Assembly (NCBI GenBank): GCA_022653695.1
Contig: JALCSW010000001.1
Span: 237,034 to 301,033, forward strand
Direction: 5' to 3'
DNA from: Bacilli bacterium
GTDB lineage: Bacteria > Bacillota_I > Bacilli_A > RFN20 > CAG-826
Length of the DNA stretch: 64,000 bases
A program made the position numbers and the translations under genes. Shown piece by piece: positions 11,369 through 20,081 of the stretch. The notes below the pieces were generated by a model. It saw only the letters and a program-made list of their open reading frames with translations, was not told where the DNA came from and did no database searches. How positions within the stretch are numbered: the stretch's first letter is position 1; every line of letters starts with the position of its first letter.

Positions 11369-12276
11369 GCTTTCCCCTCCCGCAGATACGCGATGATTCC
11401 GGCGGAGGCGTTGGCCCCATCGCCGGCGGCGGTGATCGCCTGACGGAGGCGCTTCGACACGATGTCCCCGGCGGCGAAAAGGCCCGGAACCGCGGACATA
11501 AGCGAGGAGTCGACGGGAACGAATCCGTTTTTGAGGGTCAGATTGAGGGGCGAAAGGAAAGACGAGGCGCTCTTTTCGCCAAGAAGCGGGAAAACGGCGG
11601 AGACCGCCGCCTCCTTTTCCTTCCCCTTCGTTTCGTAGACGAGCGACCCGACGTGGCCTTCGCCCTTGATTTCCAAGGCCTTGGCTTCGTAGACGATCTC
11701 GACGTTCGGGCGGCTTAGCAAGGAGGCGACGCTCCCCGGATCGCCCATCAGTTCTTTTTCGGGGGTGAGATAGAGCAAGCGGTTCACAAGGGGGGAAAGG
11801 TAAAGGGCCTCGGCAAGAGAGCGTTCCCCCTCGCCGATAAGGGCCACGTCCTTCTTGCGGTAAAGGGGCCCGTCGCAGGTCGCGCAGTAGCTGACGCCCC
11901 GCGCCAAGAGGGCTTTCTCGCCCTTGATCGAAGGAACGTTCGATAAGCCGGTGGCGACAAGGACCGCTTTGACGAGGTAGCTCTCCTCGTCCGTGTCCAC
12001 CAAAAAACCGCCTTCGGCTTTGGAGACGCTCTTGACGGAAGCGGAAGTCATCTCGACGCCGCTATCGGCGGCGCTCTTGACGATGGCCTGCGCCAAAACG
12101 AAGCCCGGCACTTTCTCAAAACCCGGATAATTGGCGATTTCGTTAACGGTGAGAAGCTTGCCCCCGGGGGCGCCTTTCTCGAGCAGGACGAGATCTTTGG
12201 AGGCCCGTTTAAGGTAAAGGGCGGCCGTCAATCCGGCGCATCCCGCGCCGATTATGGCGATATCATGTCTTTGCAT
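11365..12276 (-). CDS. trxB: Thioredoxin-disulfide reductase, 303 aa
   Basis: Starts MQRHDIAIIGAGCAG (FAD GxGxxG) and has the redox-active CATCDG. No SD. A -10-like TATCAT lies 7 nt upstream of the ATG. The ORF-track extension overlaps lgt and was rejected. Confidence 0.85.
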   Translation of the reverse strand: MQRHDIAIIGAGCAGLTAALYLKRASKDLVLLEKGAPGGKLLTVNEIANYPGFEKVPGFVLAQAIVKSAADSGVEMTSASVKSVSKAEGGFLVDTDEESYLVKAVLVATGLSNVPSIKGEKALLARGVSYCATCDGPLYRKKDVALIGEGERSLAEALYLSPLVNRLLYLTPEKELMGDPGSVASLLSRPNVEIVYEAKALEIKGEGHVGSLVYETKGKEKEAAVSAVFPLLGEKSASSFLSPLNLTLKNGFVPVDSSLMSAVPGLFAAGDIVSKRLRQAITAAGDGANASAGIIAYLREGKA

Positions 12277-12281
12277 ACGCT

Positions 12282-12319
12282 TAATGATAACGCGCCCAAG
12301 GGAGGGCGCGTTATCATTA
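12282..12319. repeat. Perfect 16-bp inverted repeat (hairpin) between lgt and trxB
   Basis: TAATGATAACGCGCCC-AAGGGA-GGGCGCGTTATCATTA. There is no U-tract on the minus-strand transcript. The right arm contains the trxB -10-like hexamer. Confidence 0.8.
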
Positions 12320-12349
12320 TGCGCGGCAACAACGCTTTTCGGCGTGTTT

Positions 12350-14185
12350 TCAGCCTTCGAAAGGGATCTCGGCCACCGAAGTTTTCTTCTTGAGGCGATG
12401 ATCGAGATAGGGAATGAAGAGGAAACCGACGGCAAGGACCGTCAAAACGATGGTAAGCAAGAAACCGGGCCCGTAGTTGTAGCTGATGGTGACGCCGGTG
12501 AGGCTCCCAAAATCCCCCGTTCCGTCCCGTAAGCCCAGGAAGGCTTTCGAAAGCACGAAGAGAATGACCCCCACCCCGCCAAGGCCGGCGGATATGAGAT
12601 AGTTTCGATAACCGGGCGCCTCAGGGTTCTTCCGAGCTTGAAGGAAGGAAAAAACGGCATAGGCCAGGGCAGCGGCCACGAAAAGGTAAGCGATTATGAG
12701 GCCGGCGTTGGCATTCCATCCGTTTCCGCCGAATATGAGGTTCATGCCCATATAGCTTTGCGATTCGCTTTCGGTGATAACGCCTAGAGAAGTCCGATAG
12801 CCGGTGCCTTTGATGCCGGTCAGGAACGGGGTGAAAAGGGCAACCGCAAGGCAACTGGCCGCCGCCACGAAGAAAGGTACGGATCCCGATGCCGCCGCCC
12901 TTTTCTCCTTAAAGTCGAGAAGGTGGTTGAAGACGATGAAGCCGGCGCCCAAGATGACGTAGACGAGGCTCGACCAAATGGACCACTCGTTGTCGGCGCC
13001 CATGTTGTAGGCCGAATCGCGGAACGGCTCCAGAATCATGCGGATGATGCCGTACCACATGAAATAGCAACCGGCCAAGTCGCCTTTGGCGAGATACCTT
13101 TTGAAGGTCTTGCCAATCCCCCAAGCGATAAGGAAATAGCCCGCCAGGTTGATCGTTCCCTCGATGAGGAAAAGAGGCACGTGAATCTGCCCGTCGGGCA
13201 GGCCCATCTGCATATTCTTTTGGATGAACAGGGGCAGCCAAGCCCAACCGTCGGCGACGTTCACGACTCCCCCGTAGACCTCTTGGTTGAGGAAGTTCCC
13301 CCACCGCCCGATGCATTGGGCGAGCAAAATCGTCGGGACGATGACGTCCATGGCCCAACGGATATTGACGTATTTTCGGCGCAGCATCATGAAGATAACC
13401 CCGCCGATGACCCCGCCGAGGGCCCCGCCCATGATGGTGAGCCCGCCGTTCCAAATGGCGAAAATCGAGGCCGGGTTCCGATCGAACCCATCGCGCGTCC
13501 AATTGCCGATCACGTACCAAACGCGAGCCCCAAGGACCCCGCAAAGGAAAGCGAAGATGGCCACGTTGTCGAGGATGCCGTGCTTGTGGAATTCCTTGTA
13601 AAAGCGATGGTCGCCCACCCAATAGCAAACCAAGACGCCGAAGAGCATCGTGAAGGCATAGAAAGCGACATGGAAGTCGCCGCCGCTATAAGTGCCGCGA
13701 ACCCACTTGAATCCCGTGGAGGAGATGGTGAAGCCGCTCACGAGAGGGTAAGCGATGTAAGGCGCGCAGCCTTGGGTCCACAAAAGGAAAAAGACAAAGA
13801 CGAGCGGAATGCCGACGAACATCAGGATACGGCATAGTTTCCGTTGCTTCGGCTCCATCTTGGGCTTGTAGTAATAAAGGTAGAAACTGAGCCAAAGGAG
13901 GACGTTCGACAAGGCAAGAAAAAAAGCGCCGATGTAAGCCATGCTGGCATAAAGGGGGTACGAATAGTCGGCGTTCGTTTTCCATGATGGATTGAAAAGG
14001 TTTATGGATAATTGCGTCAAAAGAGCGCCGGCGGATATGGCGGCGGCGCAAACGGCGAAAACGGCTTTATCGCGTCTAAGAAGAGACGGACGCGCCGATT
14101 TGGCGAACTTCTTTTGCGTGCGGATGAGGTAGACGGTTCCGCCCAGAAGGAGAACCAAACCGATGACGAGAGCGGCGATAGCCAT
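12350..14185 (-). CDS. lgt: Prolipoprotein diacylglyceryl transferase with long N- and C-terminal membrane extensions, 611 aa
   Basis: The central region carries the Lgt signature GRWGNFLNQEVYG and the surrounding family-like sequence. Both flanks are polytopic hydrophobic extensions. Confidence 0.8.
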   Translation of the reverse strand: MAIAALVIGLVLLLGGTVYLIRTQKKFAKSARPSLLRRDKAVFAVCAAAISAGALLTQLSINLFNPSWKTNADYSYPLYASMAYIGAFFLALSNVLLWLSFYLYYYKPKMEPKQRKLCRILMFVGIPLVFVFFLLWTQGCAPYIAYPLVSGFTISSTGFKWVRGTYSGGDFHVAFYAFTMLFGVLVCYWVGDHRFYKEFHKHGILDNVAIFAFLCGVLGARVWYVIGNWTRDGFDRNPASIFAIWNGGLTIMGGALGGVIGGVIFMMLRRKYVNIRWAMDVIVPTILLAQCIGRWGNFLNQEVYGGVVNVADGWAWLPLFIQKNMQMGLPDGQIHVPLFLIEGTINLAGYFLIAWGIGKTFKRYLAKGDLAGCYFMWYGIIRMILEPFRDSAYNMGADNEWSIWSSLVYVILGAGFIVFNHLLDFKEKRAAASGSVPFFVAAASCLAVALFTPFLTGIKGTGYRTSLGVITESESQSYMGMNLIFGGNGWNANAGLIIAYLFVAAALAYAVFSFLQARKNPEAPGYRNYLISAGLGGVGVILFVLSKAFLGLRDGTGDFGSLTGVTISYNYGPGFLLTIVLTVLAVGFLFIPYLDHRLKKKTSVAEIPFEG

Positions 14186-14205
14186 AGTGATATCTTAGCG
14201 GACTT

Positions 14206-17073
14206 TCATCCGTTTTGCCCCCTTTCTTTTTCACGGGCGAGGATTTCCTTCAAATAGCGGCCCGTGTAGGACTTATCGCACTCCGCCACCCGCTCCGGGG
14301 TTCCTTCCACCACCAGCGACCCGCCGCGATAGCCCCCTTCGGGCCCGAGGTCGATCACGGTGTCGGCCACTTTGATGACATCCAGGTTGTGCTCGATCAC
14401 GATCACGGTGTCCCCGTGGCTGACGAGCGACTGCAAAACGGAAACGAGGCGCTTGACGTCGTCGGTATGAAGGCCGGTCGTGGGTTCATCGAGGACGTAG
14501 ACTGTCTTCCCCGTCGGACGACGCTGAAGCTGACTCGCCAGCTTGACGCGCTGGGCCTCGCCCCCGGAAAGGGTGGTCGCGGCCTGACCGAGCTTGATAT
14601 AACCCAAACCAACGTCATAGAGCGTTTTTATCCGATGGAGAATCTGCGGCCGGTTCTCAAAGAAATGCAACGCCTCCTCGACGCGCATCTCCAAAACGTC
14701 GTGGATGTTCTTGCCTTTGTACGTGCAAGCCAGCGTCTCTTCGTTGTAGCGCATGCCGTCGCATTCGTCGCATTTGACGTAAACGTCCGGCAGGAAGTTC
14801 ATCGGGATCCAAACGACGCCGGCCCCTTGGCATTTCTCGCAACGGCCGCCGGGCACGTTGAAGCTGAAACGTCCTTTGTCGAAGCCGCGGGCCCGGGCCT
14901 CTTCGGTCTCGGCGAAAAGGGCGCGGATATCATCGAAGAGTTTGGTGTAGGTCGCCGGGTTGCTGCGCGGAGTGCGCCCGATCGGCTCCTGATCGATGTC
15001 GACGACTTTGTCGATGTTCTGCAACCCTTCGATGGATTTATAAGCCCCGGGGAAGGTTTCCTCGCCCGTCATCTTCTTCTTGATGGCTTTGACGAGCGTC
15101 TCGTTAATAAGCGAGCTCTTGCCGCTTCCGGAAACCCCGGTCACGACGATGAATTCGCCCAAAGGGAATTTCACGGTGATGTTCTTGAGGTTATGGCAAC
15201 TGGCGCCTTTGATGACGATGCTCTTGCCGTTGCCCTTTCTCCGTTTGGCGGGAATCGGGATGAATTTGCGGCCGGAAAGATAGTCGCCCGTGACGCTGTC
15301 GCCGGCATCCTCGATGTCCTTGACGGACCCGGTGGCCACCACTTCGCCCCCATGAACCCCGGCCCCCGGCCCAATGTCGACCAAATAATCGGCGGCGCGC
15401 ATCGTCTCTTCGTCATGCTCGACGACGATCAAAGTGTTCCCCAGATCGCGCATCTCCTTGAGGGTGGCGATAAGCTTTTGGTTGTCGCGTTCGTGAAGGC
15501 CGATCGAAGGCTCATCGAGAACGTAAAGAACCCCGGAAAGGCGGCTTCCGATCTGAGTGGCGAGGCGAATGCGTTGGGCCTCCCCGCCCGAAAGGGTCAT
15601 AGCCAGACGGTCGAGGGTGAGGTAATCGAGGCCGACGTCGACGAGGAACTTCGCCCGGTTGCGGATCTCCTTGAGGACCATCGAAGCGATTTTCGTCTGA
15701 TTAGGGGTCAGCGTCCCCTCGATCCCGTCAAGGTAAACCAAAAGCTTGTCGATCGATAGCTGCGTGACCTCATAGATATTTAAGCCGTTCACCTTCACGG
15801 AAAGGGCCTGCTCGTTAAGACGGGCGCCATGGCAGGTCTCGCAAACATCGTCGCGCATGAAAGACTCGTAATAAGGCAGCATCCATTTGCTCGTGGTCCC
15901 GTTATAGAGCCGCTCGATCTTCGTCTTCACGCCTTCAATCGGCCCTTTGTGATGGGTTTGGTTGCCGCTTGAGGAAGTCAGAACGTGGTTGATGTCTTCC
16001 TTGGAGCCGAAAAGGATGATGTCGCGTTGCTTCTCGCTCAAATCCTGCCATGGCACGTCGTAAGGAATATGGTAATGGTCCATGAGGACGCAGAATTCCT
16101 GCCATTCGAGATTGGCGGTCCCAACAACGTTCTTGTAGAAACGGATCGCTCCCTGGTTGATCGTCTTGGTCGGGTCGGGGACCAAAAGGTCCACCGCCAC
16201 CGACCGGTCGATCCCAAGGCCCTTGCAAGTCGGGCAATAGCCTAGTGGGGCGTTGAAGGAAAATAGACGGGGCTCGAGCTTAGGGACGGAAAAGCCGCAG
16301 ATCGGGCACGAATGATTGCTGGAGAGGAGTTTCTCGCCTTCGTCGGAAACGATCGTGAGTTCCCCGTGCCCCCAGTCAAGCGCGAGGTCGACGTCTTCCG
16401 CCACGCGGCTGCGCAAACCATCTTTCATAACGAGGCGATCGATGACGATGTCGATGTCGTGACGACCGTTTTTCTCAAGCTCGGGAGCCTCTTCCATAAG
16501 GCAAGTGGCTCCATCGACGCGAAGGCGCGCGAAACCTTGCGCCTTCAGTTTGGCGAGCGTGCTCTTATGCGTGCCTTTCTCGTGTCTGACGACCGGAGAA
16601 AGGATCTGGATCCTCGATCCTTCTTTGTACTTAAGGATGGCGTCGGTCATCTCGGCCGGCGTCGTGGCGACGATAGGGATGTGGTGATGCGGGCAATACG
16701 GGACGCCGACGCGGGCGAAAAGAAGACGGAGGAAATCGTAGATCTCCGTTACCGTCGCCACGGTCGAGCGCGGATTGTGCGAGGTGGTCTTCTGATCGAT
16801 GGATATGGCGGGCGAGAGACCTTCGATGCTGTCGACGTCGGGTTTGTCGACGCCTCCTAAGAACTGACGGGCATATGGGGAGAGCGACTCGACGTATCGG
16901 CGTTGCCCTTCGGCGTAGATGGTGTCGAAAGCCAAAGTGGATTTGCCGCTTCCGGAAAGGCCGGTGAAGACCGTAAGGGTATCCTTGGGGATCGCGACGT
17001 CAAGGTTCTTGAGGTTGTTCTCCCGCGCCCCTTTGACGATGATGTAATGTTTGCTGTCGATTGCCTTGTCCAT
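14206..17073 (-). CDS. uvrA: Excinuclease ABC subunit A, 955 aa
   Basis: Two ABC modules (GLSGSGKST, GVSGSGKSS, two LSGGE signatures) and the zinc-finger motifs CPxC...CxxC. Confidence 0.95.
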   Translation of the reverse strand: MDKAIDSKHYIIVKGARENNLKNLDVAIPKDTLTVFTGLSGSGKSTLAFDTIYAEGQRRYVESLSPYARQFLGGVDKPDVDSIEGLSPAISIDQKTTSHNPRSTVATVTEIYDFLRLLFARVGVPYCPHHHIPIVATTPAEMTDAILKYKEGSRIQILSPVVRHEKGTHKSTLAKLKAQGFARLRVDGATCLMEEAPELEKNGRHDIDIVIDRLVMKDGLRSRVAEDVDLALDWGHGELTIVSDEGEKLLSSNHSCPICGFSVPKLEPRLFSFNAPLGYCPTCKGLGIDRSVAVDLLVPDPTKTINQGAIRFYKNVVGTANLEWQEFCVLMDHYHIPYDVPWQDLSEKQRDIILFGSKEDINHVLTSSSGNQTHHKGPIEGVKTKIERLYNGTTSKWMLPYYESFMRDDVCETCHGARLNEQALSVKVNGLNIYEVTQLSIDKLLVYLDGIEGTLTPNQTKIASMVLKEIRNRAKFLVDVGLDYLTLDRLAMTLSGGEAQRIRLATQIGSRLSGVLYVLDEPSIGLHERDNQKLIATLKEMRDLGNTLIVVEHDEETMRAADYLVDIGPGAGVHGGEVVATGSVKDIEDAGDSVTGDYLSGRKFIPIPAKRRKGNGKSIVIKGASCHNLKNITVKFPLGEFIVVTGVSGSGKSSLINETLVKAIKKKMTGEETFPGAYKSIEGLQNIDKVVDIDQEPIGRTPRSNPATYTKLFDDIRALFAETEEARARGFDKGRFSFNVPGGRCEKCQGAGVVWIPMNFLPDVYVKCDECDGMRYNEETLACTYKGKNIHDVLEMRVEEALHFFENRPQILHRIKTLYDVGLGYIKLGQAATTLSGGEAQRVKLASQLQRRPTGKTVYVLDEPTTGLHTDDVKRLVSVLQSLVSHGDTVIVIEHNLDVIKVADTVIDLGPEGGYRGGSLVVEGTPERVAECDKSYTGRYLKEILAREKERGQNG

Positions 17074-17364
17074 AACGCGGGTTCATTATACCTATTCGCG
17101 CATACGCAAGCACGGGAAATGTCTTGCGGAAAAAGAAGGAAAACCGATTATGGGTTTTTACGTAGTAGGCAACGCATAATGCGCGCGAGGCAGATTCAAA
17201 AAAACATAGGTTTCTTTCCGTTTTTAAAAACAAGAAAAGCAAACATCGGATACGAAAAAACAATATGGCTATGCCTTTTTGCGCCTTTGCCCAAACAAAT
17301 GAGCCAAAACCAAAGCCGCTTTCCTTGTGGCAAAGGCTTAGCATTTGAGTATAATTACTTTCGC

Positions 17365-17441
17365 CGGGACGTAGCACAGCTTGGTAGTGCACTACCTTGG
17401 GGTGGTAGGGGTCATGGGTTCAAATCCCACCGTTCCGACCA
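17365..17441 (+). tRNA. tRNA-Pro (anticodon GGG), CCA encoded
   Basis: Hand-folded cloverleaf: CGGGACG/TA/GCAC-AGCTTGGTA-GTGC/A/CTACC-TTGGGGT-GGTAG/GGGTC/ATGGG-TTCAAAT-CCCAC/CGTTCCG/A/CCA. There is one A:C mismatch at the top of the T stem. TATAAT at 17350-17355 lies upstream. Confidence 0.85.
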
Positions 17442-17452
17442 TTAGCCAAATT

Positions 17453-17481
17453 CCCTCGATAAAATCGGGGGTTTTATTTTT
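17453..17481 (+). terminator. Rho-independent terminator after tRNA-Pro
   Basis: CCCTCGAT-AAA-ATCGGGGG followed by TTTTATTTTT. Confidence 0.7.
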
Positions 17482-17675
17482 ATCTACCAAATCAATATAT
17501 CATTTTGCATCAAATTGCTTCACCGGTTTGATTAAACGATCAATCGTTCTTGTTTGCTCCTGTATTCTCGTGAATTCTTTACAATCGTTGTTTTGAAAAA
17601 TGGACAATGAGAAAACTATATTATTTTGTTCAATTTGGCACTTTTTTGACTTAGTTTTTACCGAAAAAAGTAAAG

Positions 17676-18636
17676 TCAATTCCTGGCTTTTTTCAAAACT
17701 TCGTTAAACCTGATTAAAAACGACCTTAAGTAATATTCTTTTCTAGCCGAAGACATGACTTCGTGACCGGAATACGTTTCCGGAACGGCATCGAAAAGAG
17801 CTTTTATCTCATGGATGTGGGAGTCGACTAAAACAACATTCCTCGCAACGGCTTCATTCAGTTCATCGGCTTGCTCTAACGAAATCTCGTGAGGAGTGAG
17901 AGAAAGAATCTGTCGATAATTCAAATGATGGATTCCGTCGATAGTGTATGGCAAAACAATATTGGAGCAGTTCCGCGAAAAATCTTAATAGGACAAACTG
18001 AGAACATTGCCAATCGCCTCTTCGCTTTTCTTTGGATAAAAGGAAGAGCCGTTATCGAAAATCGGAGCCAAGCTTCTTTCGCTCCCTTTCGCCAAAACTC
18101 CCCAATTGCCATTATTGCGATCGTTGTTTGCCAAGAGACCATCGATGACTACTTGATCCCAAAAGCGGGATGAGACGCCTTTTGATTTTCGCGATTTCGG
18201 GATTGTATTCGAAATGCACGAAAAGTTCTTGAAGGTTCACGAGTTTGTCATCCCCGGTCTCATGCAAATCGATACCGAATTTTTCCCTCATTTCACCAAT
18301 GTGGATGTTCTTTAAGGTCCGCACCTCGAAGAGTCTTGTATCTTCTTCGCAAAAATCCTTTCAGGCAACGACAACAAACCCTTTCCGTATTCCCAGAACC
18401 GTCTCATGGACGGGATAACCCAAGATGGAATAGATGTGACTTCCAAGGAATTCTGAAAGAGGGGTCAGCGACAAGGGGGACAACTTATCGGATTTGCTGA
18501 GGCCTGAGGTTGGCTTTGGATATTTGATAATCCAAGGCTCCCCGTCAATCAAGACGCCATCTTTGTCCCCGGCCACGCCACCATAAGACCCGTTCCGATT
18601 GCTATATTTGTTTTCTGAAAAATCCAAAATGTCCAT
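17676..18636 (-). pseudogene. HipA-like Ser/Thr kinase toxin (short form, about 320 codons), disrupted
   Basis: Fragments read ...GEPWIIKYPKP...SEFLGSHIYSILG..., ...FWDQVVIDGLLANNDRNNGNWGVLAKGSERSLAPIFDNGSS... (HipA-type catalytic region) and a C-terminal piece. There are three lesions: an in-frame TGA at 18361-18363, a 1-nt frameshift in the A4 run at 18180-18183, and an in-frame TAA at 17985-17987. Confidence 0.7.
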
Positions 18637-18651
18637 AAAATCCTTTGTCTA

Positions 18652-19125
18652 TCAGGCTATCGGGTATTTCCGTGCTAGGAGGTCGTAAGTCCTCGCGTCA
18701 ATGACCCCTTCGGCCAAGAAGCGGTCGGCCATGAGCATCATGGTGTCAGCGGCCGAATAGAAAGTCGGATCGTTTTCTCGGTCGTAATCCTCCAGTTCGG
18801 AAATCGAGTTCTTCAGCATCTTGGGAAGATCAGATAAATCAATTGCCACCGAGTCATCAATAAAGTTGTGCTTCAAAGGAGACACCAAAGATCCATTAAT
18901 GATGTCGAGCGGGCTCACGTGAAGCGCGTCCGCGATAAGACGAAGCGTCCCAACGCGGCATTCGTTAATGTCGGACTTCCTGTGGCAGATGCTCGAAAGC
19001 GTAGTGTAAGGAACTCCGCTTTTCTTCGAGAGCCCATATATTGTGATTCCGCTCTTTTCTAGATACGCCATCAGTTCCATTTTAGTTTCCGTAGATAGTT
19101 TATCACCGTTAACGGTTATACTCAA
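18652..19125 (-). CDS. HTH (XRE-like) protein, putative HipB-like antitoxin partner, 157 aa (start uncertain; may be Met16)
   Basis: Helix-turn-helix-like segment GLSKKSGVPYTTLSSICHRKSDINECRVGTLRLIADALHVSPLDI. It ends 13 nt upstream of the HipA-like gene, which is the hipBA arrangement. Confidence 0.6.
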   Translation of the reverse strand: MSITVNGDKLSTETKMELMAYLEKSGITIYGLSKKSGVPYTTLSSICHRKSDINECRVGTLRLIADALHVSPLDIINGSLVSPLKHNFIDDSVAIDLSDLPKMLKNSISELEDYDRENDPTFYSAADTMMLMADRFLAEGVIDARTYDLLARKYPIA

Positions 19126-19167
19126 TTGTCCATTGCTTTTCGAAGAAGTGAAACTCTAAGACCGCCT

Positions 19168-19719
19168 CTAAACATTTTTTTGGCAGAGTCCATGGGGCCC
19201 TAACGCCGGTCCGGTCCGGTCCGTTTTGTCACGTCTTTGAAGAGCGGATCGGAGACCCCTTCGTCCAGGCCCTCGATTTCTTCTTTGAAAAGCGTGTTCA
19301 TTTCTAAAAGCGCCCTTCTGACCAAGGATTCCTGCGTCCTTTTCAAAAGTTCGGTTTTGTTGGATCCCGAGAACCAAAAACAAACCGTGAACGCTCCCGC
19401 CCTTGGCTTTTCGCTCTTCGATGATATGCAAAATTTCCGGAAAGAGGGTTGGCACGTTCTGCGCCTCGTCAATGAAAAGAGGCAATCCATGATTCAATAA
19501 ATAGCCGCGAGGGTTTTCTTGGGCCAAGAACGTTTCTCTTAGAGTGTCAACGCTAGCCTCATAGAAGCCTTTGGGAAGAATGCGTCGCAGCATCGTGCCT
19601 TCCCGCATTGTCGGACACCGATGAGGCAAACGACGGGGAACTCTTCGCTCAAACGAACGACTATTTTTTTCAAGTTTACGGGTAAGTACATATCGTTCAT
19701 TTATCCGTTGCGATACCAT
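19168..19719 (-). pseudogene. AAA-family ATPase (AAA_14/DUF4143-like) remnant, truncated and frameshifted
   Basis: Carries the Walker-B-like LFIDEAQNVP...ILHIIEE in one frame. It continues as ...FSGSNKTELLKRTQESLVRRALLEMNTLFKEE in another frame (19200..19490). No Walker A region is left. Confidence 0.5.
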
Positions 19720-20081
19720 TTTACACGCTTATTGAAAAATATCAGGAGATGACTACACTTTGATAATACTTCGCGAATGCGGGAGACCAGAGAAAAAAGA
19801 ATTCCCGCTGTTTCATCGCTTACATAAAAGAGAAGAGTTAAACAAAAATAAAGAAGCACAACAACGAGCAGAGGCAGTCTCAGTTCTATTTGGCATGACC
19901 TTCCCATAAGAAAAACCTTCCGTTTTTGCAATGACAACGTAAAAATTCGTGAGGGCATTCATCACTGGCGTTCTTGTAAACCCTTCTAAAGACATTGAAG
20001 GCCAAAATGAAAACTTACTTTATCAAAAATGACAAAGCAAGTTTTACCGTTGCTCGCCAATTAGAAAATAAAGCACTAATT

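Noticed and set aside
14215-15759. 514-aa plus-strand ORF opposite uvrA, with similar cases at 12923..13837 (opposite lgt), 10538..11443 (opposite rapZ), 5647..6654 (opposite pgk) and 6989..7858
   Set aside because: All are antisense shadow ORFs in GC-rich genes. The partner strand carries the recognisable protein in every case.
17074-17364. LexA/Cheo box (CGAAC-N4-GTTCG) upstream of uvrA
   Set aside because: I found no match better than isolated half-sites. There is only a TATAAT close to the start codon.
18361-18363. In-frame TGA in the HipA-like gene read as Trp (genetic code 4), which would point to a Mycoplasma/Spiroplasma-type donor
   Set aside because: The same gene also has a frameshift and an in-frame TAA, so it is simply a pseudogene. 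Host core genes (uvrA, mgtA, an SBP gene) terminate at TGA, and no conserved gene needs TGA read-through. Donor origin cannot be inferred from one codon.
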